NCBI RefSeq assembly: GCF_050320075.1
Contig: NZ_CP190018.1
DNA: 64,000 nt
Strand: one strand, 5' to 3'
Source: Escherichia coli
GTDB taxonomy: Bacteria > Pseudomonadota > Gammaproteobacteria > Enterobacterales > Enterobacteriaceae
Shown here: piece after piece, positions 41,962 to 59,562 of the stretch
How the letters are laid out: each line of letters begins with the position of its first letter
Numbering within the stretch: position 1 is the stretch's first letter
The notes under the pieces: generated by a model
Told to the model about the DNA's origin: nothing
Database searches by the model: none
What the model saw: only the letters and a program-made list of their open reading frames with translations
Program-made: the position numbers and the translations under genes

Positions 41962-43236
41962 TTATTCACCAGATGCCTGTTGCGCTTCCGGCTTGCCATA
42001 AATCAGCAACGGCTTGCTTTGACCATCAATTACCGATTCGTCGATAACCACTTTTTCGACGTCTTCCATGGACGGCAGATCGTACATGGTATCGAGCAGT
42101 GCGGCTTCTACGATGGAACGCAGGCCACGGGCACCGGTTTTACGCGCCATCGCTTTCTTAGCGATAGCATCCAGCGCCTCGTCACGGAATTCCAGATCCA
42201 CGCCTTCCAGATTAAACAGCGCCTGATACTGCTTGGTCAGGGCGTTTTTCGGCTCTTTGAGGATCTGAATCAGAGCTTCTTCGCTCAGTTCATTCAACGT
42301 TGCGACAACCGGCAGACGACCAATAAACTCAGGGATAAGACCAAACTTGATCAGATCTTCCGGTTCAACCTGCGCCAGCAGCTCGCCTTCGCTTGCTTTG
42401 TCGGACTTCGCTTTTACCGTCGCGCCAAAACCAATGCCGGAGCCGGTTTCTACACGATGGGAAATCACTTTATCCAGACCGGCAAACGCACCGCCACAAA
42501 TAAACAGGATCTTAGAGGTATCAACCTGCAAGAATTCCTGCTGCGGATGTTTACGCCCACCTTGCGGCGGAACAGCAGCTACCGTACCTTCGATCAGTTT
42601 CAACAGTGCCTGCTGTACGCCTTCACCGGAAACGTCTCGGGTAATGGACGGGTTGTCTGACTTACGAGAAATCTTGTCGATTTCATCGATGTAGACAATC
42701 CCGCGCTGCGCTTTCTGTACGTCGTAATCGCACTTCTGCAACAGCTTCTGAATGATGTTTTCAACGTCTTCGCCCACATAACCGGCTTCGGTCAGCGTGG
42801 TTGCGTCGGCCATGGTGAACGGGACGTCCAGCAGGCGCGCCAGCGTTTCGGCCAGCAGCGTTTTACCGGAACCGGTCGGACCGATCAGCAGAATGTTACT
42901 TTTGCCCAACTCGACACCATTGCTGGTATCGCCGTTGCGCAGACGTTTGTAGTGGTTGTATACCGCGACCGCCAGCACTTTTTTCGCCTGTTCCTGGCCG
43001 ATAACGTAATCGTCCAGGTGGTTACGAATTTCATGCGGCGTCGGTAGCGCACTGCGTTCACGATGCGGTGCAACTTCTTTAATCTCTTCGCGAATGATGT
43101 CGTTACATAAATCAACACATTCGTCGCAGATATACACGGATGGACCGGCAATCAGCTTGCGCACTTCATGCTGGCTTTTGCCGCAAAAAGAGCAATACAG
43201 CAATTTGCCTGAGCCATCTTTGCGTTTATCTGTCAT
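41962..43236 (-). CDS. clpX: ATP-dependent Clp protease ATP-binding subunit ClpX
   Basis: 424-aa ORF with N-terminal zinc finger (CSFCGKS...CDEC) and Walker A GPTGSGKT. Confidence 0.97.
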
Positions 43237-43361
43237 GGGTCAAAACCTCTTCTTTGTTCTTTGTGCCGCACACGACGACGCAAATGCCATTCTCAGGCGC
43301 AAGCCGCTTACAGCGTTGTGCCGCCCTGGATAAGTATAGCGGCACAGTTGCGCCTCTGGCA

Positions 43362-43985
43362 TCAATTACGATGGGTCAGAATCGAATCGACCAGACCGTA
43401 TTCCACCGCTTCAGGGGCGGAAAGGAAGCGATCGCGCTCGGTATCACGTTCAATCTGTTCTAATGATTGACCCGTATGAAGCGCCATAAGTTCATTCATG
43501 CGTCCTTTAACTTTCAGAATTTCACGGGCATGAATTTCGATATCGGTCGCCTGGCCCTGGTAGCCGCCCAACGGCTGGTGAATCATCACGCGCGAATTCG
43601 GCAGGCAGAAACGTTTACCTTTTGCCCCTGCAGTCAGCAAGAAAGCGCCCATCGAAGCCGCCTGGCCCATACAGATGGTGCTGACATCAGGCTTGATAAA
43701 CTGCATGGTGTCATAGATAGACATCCCGGCAGTAATCACCCCGCCTGGGGAGTTGATGTACAGATAGATATCTTTTTCTGGGTTTTCTGCTTCCAGGAAC
43801 AGCATCTGCGCCACAATCAGGTTAGCCATGTGGTCTTCAACCTGGCCAGTCAGAAAAATGACGCGTTCCTTAAGTAGACGAGAATAGATATCAAAAGAGC
43901 GCTCACCACGTGAGGTCTGTTCAATGACCATCGGCACCAGCGCCATATGGGGTGCAAAGTTATCTCGTTCGCCGCTGTATGACAT
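43362..43985 (-). CDS. clpP: ATP-dependent Clp protease proteolytic subunit ClpP
   Basis: 207-aa ORF with active-site Ser in GQAASMGAF. Confidence 0.97.
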   Translation of the reverse strand: MSYSGERDNFAPHMALVPMVIEQTSRGERSFDIYSRLLKERVIFLTGQVEDHMANLIVAQMLFLEAENPEKDIYLYINSPGGVITAGMSIYDTMQFIKPDVSTICMGQAASMGAFLLTAGAKGKRFCLPNSRVMIHQPLGGYQGQATDIEIHAREILKVKGRMNELMALHTGQSLEQIERDTERDRFLSAPEAVEYGLVDSILTHRN

Positions 43986-44064
43986 TTCCGTCTCCTGGAT
44001 AAAATTGAAAAAACCTGCTGTACCGATTGTAACCTTATGGACGGATTATCAGCTAGTCCCTGTG

Positions 44065-44093
44065 TTATGGGTACGGCATCACCATATTTCAAG
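44065..44093 (-). promoter_or_regulatory. Candidate sigma-32 promoter of clpPX
   Basis: Minus strand CTTGAAA, 14 nt, ACCCATAA upstream of clpP. Confidence 0.5.
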
Positions 44094-44163
44094 CATAACA
44101 ATCTTTTGTTGTTACGCTAACACCGAAAGAGGCTTTTCGCACGGTTCCATGCAAAATTCATGA

Positions 44164-44197
44164 CAAAAAAAAAGCCCACCACCTGGCGGTGACGGGC
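44164..44197 (-). terminator. Rho-independent terminator after tig
   Basis: GC-rich imperfect hairpin followed by a 9-nt T-run on the minus strand, directly after tig stop. Confidence 0.6.
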
Positions 44198-44231
44198 CTT
44201 TGTGCGAATTTAGCGCGTTATGCTGCGTAAA

Positions 44232-45539
<1,308 letters not shown>

Positions 45540-45873
45540 TCAAAAAATCACAGTGCTCGGTCAACTCTTACCCCGCAAGCACAGGTTGTTGGCTTCGCGG
45601 AACCGGGATGTTCTTATAATCAATCACATTCCCTGTTACCAGAATCATCCCGAAAGCATTCAAATAGGACGCGGCATTATAGCGGCATCACTTTTATGAG
45701 TCGAGAACGGTTATTGCGCGCTGTCGCGTATTTTTTCACAATTCCCGGGCAATTTTCGTCTGAATGCTGGGCAAAAAGCGCAAAATCCAGACAAAACAAA
45801 ACGGCCCGCAGGCCGTTTTTCATAAAATCTTTAGCAACATACTGGAAAAGCGCCGACAGTTGCAAATGCGTTT

Positions 45874-46191
45874 TTACGCGATGCTTCCTGCTCCACGACA
45901 GGGAGGAGAGGCAAAGACGGTGTCCTGCAACCCTTCCCACTCCTTAATAGTGTAAGTATGCAGAGCCAGCGCATGAACGGTAGTAGAGAGTTCCTCCGCT
46001 AAAGTACTGTAAATCATTCGATGACGATTCAGAAAACGTTCACCCGTAAAACGATCGCTGACCAGCACAACTTTAAAATGGCTTTCAGAGCCGGCTGGGA
46101 CATTGTGACGATAGCTTTCATCCACTACTTCGAGGAATACGGGTTGGAACGCCGCCCTTAATTTTTCTTCTATCCGCTCACGTATCATCAT
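45874..46191 (-). CDS. bolA: Morphogene / transcriptional regulator BolA
   Basis: ORF track 116 aa; true start [15 protein letters not shown] (105 aa). Confidence 0.92.
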
Positions 46192-46495
46192 GAAATATCT
46201 CCTCCGACAACGCTGAGATGTCATCCATCCCTTTAAATACTAGCCGCTTTTACCGTTTCCATTGCAGCTTAACAACAAATATTTAGGTTTCGTCCTGGTT
46301 TTTCTGTCAAGCGTATGAAGTTTACTGATTTAAAGATTGAAACACAGGCCTCGCATCAGCGTTTCTTTTACCAGGGGCGATTATTTCGTCAACATGATGA
46401 ATTTACATGCCTTACCCACTTCCCCTCGCCGTTGGCAATGTTATGATGGCGGGAATTTTTACCAAACACGCTTAAGAGTCTCTGAGAGCCCGAAC

Positions 46496-47074
46496 ATGTT
46501 CAAAAAAATCCTCTTCCCGTTAGTTGCTCTGTTTATGCTTGCAGGATGCGCAAAACCGCCAACAACTATTGAAGTTTCCCCGACGATGACACTGCCACAG
46601 CAGGATCCAAGCCTGATGGGCGTCACCGTAAGCATTAATGGTGCCGATCAGCGTACCGATCAGGCGCTGGCAAAAGTCACCCGCGATAATCAAATCGTTA
46701 CCCTGACCGCCTCCCGCGATCTGCGTTTCCTGCTGCAAGAAGTGCTGGAAAAACAGATGACCGCGCGTGGTTACATGGTCGGTCCGAATGGCCCGGTTAA
46801 TCTGCAAATCATCGTTAGCCAACTGTATGCTGATGTGTCCCAGGGCAACGTGCGCTATAACATCGCGACCAAAGCGGATATCGCCATCATCGCTACCGCG
46901 CAGAATGGCAACAAAATGACCAAGAACTATCGTGCCAGCTACAACATTGAAGGTGCGTTCCAGGCCTCCAACAAAAATATCGCCGATGCGGTTAACAGTG
47001 TGCTGACCGATACCATCGCTGATATGTCTCAGGACACCAGCATCCACGAATTCATCAAGCAGAACGCGCGTTAA
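46496..47074 (+). CDS. yajG: Lipoprotein YajG
   Basis: ORF track 245 aa; true start MFKKILFPLVALFMLAGC (lipobox), 192 aa. Confidence 0.9.
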   Translation: MFKKILFPLVALFMLAGCAKPPTTIEVSPTMTLPQQDPSLMGVTVSINGADQRTDQALAKVTRDNQIVTLTASRDLRFLLQEVLEKQMTARGYMVGPNGPVNLQIIVSQLYADVSQGNVRYNIATKADIAIIATAQNGNKMTKNYRASYNIEGAFQASNKNIADAVNSVLTDTIADMSQDTSIHEFIKQNAR

Positions 47075-47117
47075 TTTCTGCCCTCTGGCCCGGTGCAAGC
47101 CGGGCCTGTAGACGCCC

Positions 47118-48593
47118 ATGTCCAGTCAATATTTACGTATTTTTCAACAGCCGCGTTCAGCCATATTGCTGATCCTGGGTTTTGCTTCCGGGCTACCGCT
47201 CGCCCTGACATCCGGCACCTTACAGGCCTGGATGACGGTCGAGAATATCGACCTCAAAACCATTGGTTTCTTCTCGCTGGTAGGCCAGGCTTACGTTTTT
47301 AAATTCCTCTGGTCACCGCTGATGGACCGCTACACGCCCCCATTTTTTGGGCGGCGGCGCGGTTGGCTGCTCGCCACGCAAATCCTGTTATTAGTCGCCA
47401 TTGCGGCGATGGGTTTTCTCGAACCTGGCACCCAACTCCGCTGGATGGCGGCACTGGCAGTGGTGATCGCTTTTTGCTCTGCCTCCCAGGATATTGTCTT
47501 CGATGCGTGGAAAACCGATGTGCTCCCGGCAGAAGAACGTGGCGCGGGCGCGGCAATCAGCGTGCTGGGTTACCGTTTAGGGATGCTGGTTTCCGGCGGC
47601 TTAGCCCTATGGCTGGCAGATAAATGGCTGGGCTGGCAGGGCATGTACTGGTTGATGGCGGCGCTGTTGATCCCCTGTATTATCGCGACGTTGCTTGCAC
47701 CAGAACCAACCGACACCATTCCTGTGCCAAAAACGCTGGAACAAGCGGTTGTTGCACCTCTGCGAGATTTCTTTGGTCGCAATAATGCCTGGCTTATTTT
47801 GCTTCTTATCGTGCTGTATAAGCTGGGCGACGCATTCGCCATGAGCCTGACAACCACGTTTTTGATTCGTGGCGTCGGGTTTGATGCGGGTGAAGTAGGC
47901 GTGGTTAACAAAACGCTTGGCTTACTGGCGACCATTGTTGGCGCATTGTACGGTGGGATTTTGATGCAGCGCCTGTCACTGTTCCGGGCGCTGCTAATTT
48001 TCGGTATTTTACAAGGTGCGTCTAACGCCGGTTACTGGCTGCTGTCGATTACTGATAAGCATCTCTACAGCATGGGCGCAGCCGTCTTTTTCGAAAACCT
48101 CTGTGGCGGGATGGGTACATCAGCCTTTGTCGCGCTGTTAATGACGCTGTGTAATAAGTCATTTTCCGCTACTCAATTTGCCCTGCTCTCAGCGCTTTCT
48201 GCTGTAGGGCGAGTTTATGTCGGCCCCGTGGCGGGTTGGTTTGTTGAAGCACACGGCTGGTCGACATTCTATCTGTTCTCCGTCGCCGCTGCCGTACCAG
48301 GGCTTATTTTGCTGCTGGTTTGCCGCCAGACGCTTGAATATACACGAGTAAATGACAACTTTATCTCCCGTACCGAATATCCTGCAGGTTATGCCTTTGC
48401 CATGTGGACACTGGCGGCGGGCGTCAGCCTGTTGGCCGTGTGGTTACTGCTGTTGACGATGGACGCGCTGGATTTGACGCACTTCTCTTTCCTGCCTGCT
48501 CTGCTGGAAGTCGGGGTTTTAGTCGCCCTTTCTGGCGTCGTGCTTGGTGGTTTACTGGATTATCTGGCGCTACGAAAAACGCATCTGACGTAA
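47118..48593 (+). CDS. ampG: Muropeptide (anhydromuropeptide) permease AmpG, MFS
   Basis: 491-aa polytopic MFS ORF directly after yajG. Confidence 0.95.
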   Translation: MSSQYLRIFQQPRSAILLILGFASGLPLALTSGTLQAWMTVENIDLKTIGFFSLVGQAYVFKFLWSPLMDRYTPPFFGRRRGWLLATQILLLVAIAAMGFLEPGTQLRWMAALAVVIAFCSASQDIVFDAWKTDVLPAEERGAGAAISVLGYRLGMLVSGGLALWLADKWLGWQGMYWLMAALLIPCIIATLLAPEPTDTIPVPKTLEQAVVAPLRDFFGRNNAWLILLLIVLYKLGDAFAMSLTTTFLIRGVGFDAGEVGVVNKTLGLLATIVGALYGGILMQRLSLFRALLIFGILQGASNAGYWLLSITDKHLYSMGAAVFFENLCGGMGTSAFVALLMTLCNKSFSATQFALLSALSAVGRVYVGPVAGWFVEAHGWSTFYLFSVAAAVPGLILLLVCRQTLEYTRVNDNFISRTEYPAGYAFAMWTLAAGVSLLAVWLLLLTMDALDLTHFSFLPALLEVGVLVALSGVVLGGLLDYLALRKTHLT

Positions 48594-49052
48594 TCTGTAA
48601 ATATTATTTAGCTGTAGTAATCACTCGCCGTAATTATTACGGCTAAATAAACATCAGCATCGCTTATTAATATTTGTTCTTTTGTGCGGCTTAGCGTCTG
48701 GAAATTATTGACGCCATTTATGAATTCTATTTTTCTTACACGATTCAGCTAATGAGTCTTTATTTTCTCACTACCCAGTTGTCACCTTAATGATAATTAT
48801 TTGTTAAATAATTGTTTTATTTCGCATTGGTTATACCAATTGCCCGCCCAGACTCCTTCTGCACTCCCCTTTTGTTATAACGCCCTTTTGCAACAGCTTC
48901 TTAAAATCAACCTGATATGTTTTGCAACATATGTGACCTGGAAGCCAAATCCAAGTAACAGGAATTTAATCATGTTTACAGTAATGTAACCTTCCCGTAA
49001 AATGCCCACACACTTTAAACGCCACCAGATCCCGTGGAATTGAGGTCGTTAA

Positions 49053-50000
<948 letters not shown>

Positions 50001-50009
50001 AGGGGTTGA

Positions 50010-52946
<2,937 letters not shown>

Positions 52947-52957
52947 GAGCGGCGGTT

Positions 52958-53848
52958 ATGATGTTTAAGCAATACCTGCAAGTAACGAAACCAGGCATCA
53001 TCTTTGGCAACCTGATCTCGGTGATTGGGGGATTCCTGCTGGCCTCAAAGGGCCGCATTGATTATCCCCTGTTTATCTACACGCTGGTTGGGGTGTCACT
53101 GGTTGTGGCGTCGGGTTGTGTGTTTAACAACTACATCGACAGGGATATCGACAGAAAGATGGAAAGGACGAAGAATCGGGTGCTGGTTAAAGGCCTGATC
53201 TCTCCTGCTGTCTCGCTGGTGTACGCCACCTTGCTGGGTATTGCTGGCTTTATGCTGCTGTGGTTTGGCGCGAATCCGCTGGCCTGCTGGCTGGGGGTGA
53301 TGGGCTTTGTGGTTTACGTCGGCGTTTATAGCCTGTACATGAAACGCCACTCAGTCTACGGCACATTGATTGGTTCGCTCTCCGGCGCTGCGCCGCCGGT
53401 GATCGGCTACTGTGCAGTAACCGGCGAGTTCGATAGTGGCGCAGCGATCCTGCTTGCTATCTTCAGTCTGTGGCAGATGCCTCACTCCTATGCCATCGCC
53501 ATTTTCCGCTTTAAGGATTACCAGGCGGCAAACATTCCGGTATTGCCAGTGGTAAAAGGCATTTCGGTGGCGAAGAATCACATCACGCTGTATATCATCG
53601 CCTTTGCCGTTGCCACGCTGATGCTCTCTCTTGGCGGTTACGCTGGGTATAAATATCTGGTAGTCGCCGCGGCGGTTAGCGTCTGGTGGTTAGGTATGGC
53701 CCTGCGCGGTTATAAAGTTGCTGATGACAGAATCTGGGCGCGCAAGCTGTTCGGCTTCTCTATCATCGCCATCACTGCCCTCTCGGTGATGATGTCCGTT
53801 GATTTTATGGTGCCGGATTCGCATACGCTGCTGGCTGCTGTGTGGTAA
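52958..53848 (+). CDS. cyoE: Haem O synthase (protohaem IX farnesyltransferase)
   Basis: 296-aa polytopic UbiA-family ORF ending the cyo operon. Confidence 0.95.
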   Translation: MMFKQYLQVTKPGIIFGNLISVIGGFLLASKGRIDYPLFIYTLVGVSLVVASGCVFNNYIDRDIDRKMERTKNRVLVKGLISPAVSLVYATLLGIAGFMLLWFGANPLACWLGVMGFVVYVGVYSLYMKRHSVYGTLIGSLSGAAPPVIGYCAVTGEFDSGAAILLAIFSLWQMPHSYAIAIFRFKDYQAANIPVLPVVKGISVAKNHITLYIIAFAVATLMLSLGGYAGYKYLVVAAAVSVWWLGMALRGYKVADDRIWARKLFGFSIIAITALSVMMSVDFMVPDSHTLLAAVW

Positions 53849-53866
53849 TACAACCTCTCAGTTAAA

Positions 53867-53888
53867 AAGGTGCTGCGGCACCTTTTTT
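53867..53888 (+). terminator. Rho-independent terminator of the cyo operon
   Basis: AGGTGC-TGCG-GCACCT hairpin followed by TTTTTT. Confidence 0.75.
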
Positions 53889-53996
53889 CTTAGCATTAGA
53901 AACATATCCCTCTCGAAATATTTACTAAAAAATCCGTATGTTTACCCCATTCGTTTGCCGCTTTACACTAGTCGCGAATTTAAAACAGAGGTGGTA

Positions 53997-55361
53997 ATGA
54001 ACGATTATAAAATGACGCCAGGTGAGCGGCGCGCGACCTGGGGTTTAGGGACCGTATTCTCGTTGCGCATGCTGGGCATGTTTATGGTTCTGCCGGTTCT
54101 GACCACGTACGGCATGGCTCTGCAAGGTGCCAGCGAAGCATTAATCGGTATTGCCATTGGTATTTATGGTCTGACTCAGGCCGTTTTTCAGATTCCGTTT
54201 GGCCTGCTTTCCGACCGCATTGGTCGCAAACCATTAATTGTCGGTGGGCTGGCAGTGTTTGCCGCCGGTAGCGTTATCGCTGCGCTCTCTGACTCCATCT
54301 GGGGAATTATTCTGGGCCGGGCGCTACAAGGCTCCGGTGCGATTGCCGCTGCCGTTATGGCGCTGCTTTCCGATCTCACGCGCGAACAAAACCGCACCAA
54401 AGCAATGGCGTTTATCGGCGTGAGCTTTGGCATTACCTTTGCCATTGCGATGGTGCTTGGCCCGATCATCACTCACAAACTTGGGCTGCACGCGCTGTTC
54501 TGGATGATCGCTATTCTGGCAACGACCGGCATTGCGTTGACCATTTGGGTTGTGCCCAACAGTAGCACTCACGTACTTAATCGTGAGTCCGGAATGGTGA
54601 AAGGCAGTTTCAGTAAAGTGCTGGCGGAACCGCGGCTGCTGAAACTCAACTTTGGCATTATGTGTCTGCATATTTTGCTGATGTCGACGTTTGTTGCCCT
54701 GCCCGGACAACTGGCTGATGCGGGGTTCCCGGCGGCTGAACACTGGAAGGTCTATCTGGCGACAATGCTAATCGCCTTTGGCTCGGTCGTGCCTTTCATT
54801 ATCTACGCTGAAGTTAAGCGCAAAATGAAGCAAGTCTTTGTCTTCTGCGTTGGGTTGATCGTGGTTGCGGAAATTGTGTTGTGGAACGCACAAACGCAGT
54901 TCTGGCAACTGGTGGTCGGCGTGCAGCTTTTCTTTGTAGCGTTTAATTTGATGGAAGCCCTTCTGCCTTCACTTATCAGTAAAGAGTCGCCAGCAGGTTA
55001 CAAAGGTACGGCGATGGGTGTTTACTCCACCAGCCAGTTTCTTGGCGTGGCGATTGGCGGTTCGCTGGGCGGCTGGATTGACGGCATGTTTGACGGTCAG
55101 GGAGTATTTCTCGCTGGCGCAATGCTGGCCGCAGTGTGGCTGGCAGTCGCCAGTACCATGAAAGAACCGCCGTATGTCAGCAGCTTGCGCATTGAAATCC
55201 CGGCGGACATTGCCGCAAACGAGGCGTTAAAAGTGCGTTTGCTGGAAACCGCGGGCGTCAAAGAAGTGTTGATTGCAGAAGAAGAACATTCAGCTTATGT
55301 GAAAATCGACAGCAAAGTGACGAATCGCTTTGAGGTTGAACAGGCAATTCGTCAGGCATAA
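53997..55361 (+). CDS. yajR: MFS transporter YajR
   Basis: ORF track 520 aa; true start MNDYKMTPGERRATWG (454 aa). Confidence 0.9.
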   Translation: MNDYKMTPGERRATWGLGTVFSLRMLGMFMVLPVLTTYGMALQGASEALIGIAIGIYGLTQAVFQIPFGLLSDRIGRKPLIVGGLAVFAAGSVIAALSDSIWGIILGRALQGSGAIAAAVMALLSDLTREQNRTKAMAFIGVSFGITFAIAMVLGPIITHKLGLHALFWMIAILATTGIALTIWVVPNSSTHVLNRESGMVKGSFSKVLAEPRLLKLNFGIMCLHILLMSTFVALPGQLADAGFPAAEHWKVYLATMLIAFGSVVPFIIYAEVKRKMKQVFVFCVGLIVVAEIVLWNAQTQFWQLVVGVQLFFVAFNLMEALLPSLISKESPAGYKGTAMGVYSTSQFLGVAIGGSLGGWIDGMFDGQGVFLAGAMLAAVWLAVASTMKEPPYVSSLRIEIPADIAANEALKVRLLETAGVKEVLIAEEEHSAYVKIDSKVTNRFEVEQAIRQA

Positions 55362-55374
55362 AAAACGAGGCGAA

Positions 55375-55465
55375 TTGCCTGCTGCGCTACGCTTACCAGG
55401 CCTACAAAGTTCCTGAGTTACAAATCGTTGTAGGCCGAATTAGCTGTTCATGCTGCATTCGGCAT
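55375..55465. repeat. REP-like palindromic extragenic element between convergent yajR and yajQ
   Basis: Nested inverted repeats GGCCTACAA...TTGTAGGCC and GCCGAAT...ATTCGGC, typical of REP/BIME units. Confidence 0.55.
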
Positions 55466-55488
55466 GAACAAAACGCACATTGTCGCGA

Positions 55489-55980
55489 TTAATCGCGGAA
55501 GTTTTTGAACTGGAACGGCTGACCGAGATCGCCACCACGTACCATCGCCATGACAGCCTGCAAATCATCACGAGATTTACCCGTTACGCGGATCTCATCA
55601 CCCTGAATTTGCGCCTGCACTTTCAGTTTGCTGTCTTTGATCATCTTGACGATTTTCTTCTGGGTCGCGCTCTCAATGCCCTGTTTCAGTTTCGCTTCCA
55701 CAAACCAGGTTTTACCGCTATGAACGATATTTTCCGGTACATCCAGTGAACTGCCTTCAATGCCGCGCTTCAGCAGCTTGGCACGCAGAATATCCAGCAA
55801 CTGATTGACCTGGAAATCGGACTCGCTCAACACTTTGATGGTTTTGCTGGCGTCGTTCAGCTCAAATGAGGCTTCAACATTACGGAAGTCAAAACGGGAC
55901 TCCACTTCGCGGCTCGCGTTATCGACCGCGTTACGTGCTTCCTGAAGATCAACTTCAGAGACAATATCGAAAGATGGCAT
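55489..55980 (-). CDS. yajQ: Nucleotide-binding protein YajQ (UPF0234)
   Basis: ORF track 219 aa; true start [22 protein letters not shown] (163 aa). Confidence 0.92.
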
Positions 55981-56057
55981 CTTTTCCTCTCCCTTCATTT
56001 TTGATGCGAAGCATAATACCTGCAAAGTTAAATAACCAACAGTCCTGCACCAGGACG

Positions 56058-56105
56058 TATCCCTTAATTGTGCATAGTCGCAACAGCATGCACAATTAAG
56101 GGATA
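56058..56105. repeat. Perfect 18-bp inverted repeat with 12-bp spacer in yajQ-panE divergent intergenic region
   Basis: TATCCCTTAATTGTGCAT - AGTCGCAACAGC - ATGCACAATTAAGGGATA read directly; a second small palindrome GTCCTG-CAC-CAGGAC lies just upstream (56042..56056). Confidence 0.6.
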
Positions 56106-56147
56106 GCCTTATTGAACACCCGGAGTGGTTGCGGGTGAGGAGGAACA

Positions 56148-57612
<1,465 letters not shown>

Positions 57613-57660
57613 TGTCGGATGCGGCAAACGTCGCATCTGACCAGATGCGACGTAAAAAAC
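57613..57660. repeat. REP-like palindromes between convergent yajL and thiI
   Basis: GTCGGATGCGGC... with alternative hairpins GATGCG/CGCATC and GTCGCATCTG/CAGATGCGAC. Confidence 0.45.
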
Positions 57661-57665
57661 ACAAA

Positions 57666-59114
57666 TTACGGGCGATATACCTTCACATTGTTAAAGCCCT
57701 GCTCGCGCAGATAGAGCGCCTGCAGGCGGCTCATCACCCCGCGCTCACACCACAGCAGCCAGGTTTTGTTCTGGTCGAGATCGCCAAATTTGGTGCTCAG
57801 TTTATAGAACGGCAGAGAAACCACATCAATCCCTTCGACTTTCAGCGGCTTATCTTCCTGTTCATCGATAGAACGGATATCGAGGATCACGTCGTTCGGG
57901 CCGAAGCCATTGACGGTTTCCACTTCCACCACTTCCTGCTCGGTCTGCTGGGCGATTTCGCGGATATCAACGTTATTCGCTTCCTCAACCACTTTATCGA
58001 GAATGCTGAAGTCGAACTTCTCTTCTTCCGCTTCAATCTTCGATTTAACCGCTTTCACCGTCGGGCTTTTGGAGATCACACCGCAATATTCGGGCATCGT
58101 GCGGGCAAAGTCTTCAGTGCCAATCTGGCGAGCCAGGTTGATGATGTGCTCTTTGTCGTAAGAAATCAGCGGACGCAGGATCAGCGTGTCGGAGACGTTA
58201 TCAATCAGGCGCAGGTTAGTCAGCGTCTGGCTGGACACCTGGCCCAGTGCTTCGCCGGTGACCAGCGCCTGTACGCCGTAACGTTCAGCCACTTTAGACG
58301 CGGCACGCACCATCATACGTTTGAGGATAACGCCCATCTGACCGTCGTCGATTTTCTCGAGAATTTCCCCGACGACCGGCTCGAAATTAATAGCGACAAA
58401 ACGCACGCGGTGGGAGCTGCCAAAGCGGTTCCACAGATAATGTGCCACCTGACGCACGCCAATTTCATGCGCCTCGCCGCCGAGGTTAAAGAAGCAGTAA
58501 TGCACGCGGCAGCCGCGACGCATCAACATATAACTGGAAACACCGGAGTCGAAACCACCGGAAATGAGCGACAGCACATCTTCCTGGGTGCCGATCGGGA
58601 AACCGCCAATACCTTCGTAGCGACCTTTAATCAGCAGGAGACGATCGTCTTCCACTTCCAGATGGACAGTCACATCCGGATTGGTCAGCTTCACGCGCGC
58701 GGATTCAATATGCTGATTTAAACCGCCGCCGACGTAACGTTCCACATCAATCGAGCTAAAATCATGTTTGCCACGGCGCTTCACGCGTACGCAGAAGGTT
58801 TTCCCTTCCAGCTGATCGCGATACTGAACCAACGCTTTCTCGAAAATATCGTGCATGTCGGTAAACGGCACGTCTTCGACTTCGAGAATATGGTGGATAC
58901 CCGGAATACGGGTCAGGGCGTCGCGAATAGCCAGACGCTGGTTTTCATCTTTTGCGCGAACCTCGATGTTATCCCAGTGGCGGACGACAGCGAGCGTCTC
59001 ATCATAGTGCTTTAAAACGTTACGAATGTTCCCGGTAAGGATTTTTATAAAGCGCAAGCGCACAGATTGGCTTTTGATGGTGATTTCCGGGAACAATTTA
59101 ATGATAAACTTCAT
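57666..59114 (-). CDS. thiI: tRNA 4-thiouridine synthase / thiazole sulfur transferase ThiI
   Basis: 482-aa ORF with THUMP domain, PP-loop (SGGFDSGV) and C-terminal rhodanese domain. Confidence 0.96.
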   Translation of the reverse strand: MKFIIKLFPEITIKSQSVRLRFIKILTGNIRNVLKHYDETLAVVRHWDNIEVRAKDENQRLAIRDALTRIPGIHHILEVEDVPFTDMHDIFEKALVQYRDQLEGKTFCVRVKRRGKHDFSSIDVERYVGGGLNQHIESARVKLTNPDVTVHLEVEDDRLLLIKGRYEGIGGFPIGTQEDVLSLISGGFDSGVSSYMLMRRGCRVHYCFFNLGGEAHEIGVRQVAHYLWNRFGSSHRVRFVAINFEPVVGEILEKIDDGQMGVILKRMMVRAASKVAERYGVQALVTGEALGQVSSQTLTNLRLIDNVSDTLILRPLISYDKEHIINLARQIGTEDFARTMPEYCGVISKSPTVKAVKSKIEAEEEKFDFSILDKVVEEANNVDIREIAQQTEQEVVEVETVNGFGPNDVILDIRSIDEQEDKPLKVEGIDVVSLPFYKLSTKFGDLDQNKTWLLWCERGVMSRLQALYLREQGFNNVKVYRP

Positions 59115-59319
59115 GGCGGCAATGGTTCGTTGGCAAGCCTTAAGCGACTTGTATAGGGAAAAATACAGCAGCCCACACCTGCGGCTGCATCCAGGCGCGG
59201 AAGTATACCACTAACATCGCTTTGCTGCGCACATCACCTTACCATTGCGCGTTATTTGCTATTTGCCCTGAGTCCGTTACCATGACGGGGCGAAAAATAT
59301 TGAGAGTCAGACATTCATT

Positions 59320-59562
59320 ATGCCGAAGAAAAATGAGGCGCCCGCCAGCTTTGAAAAGGCGCTGAGCGAGCTGGAACAGATTGTAACCCGTCTGGAAAGT
59401 GGTGACCTGCCGCTGGAAGAGGCGCTGAACGAGTTCGAACGCGGCGTGCAGCTGGCACGTCAGGGGCAGGCCAAATTACAACAAGCCGAACAGCGCGTAC
59501 AAATTCTGCTGTCTGACAATGAAGACGCCTCTCTAACCCCTTTTACACCGGACAATGAGTAA
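59320..59562 (+). CDS. xseB: Exodeoxyribonuclease VII small subunit
   Basis: 80-aa [39 protein letters not shown]... Confidence 0.95.
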
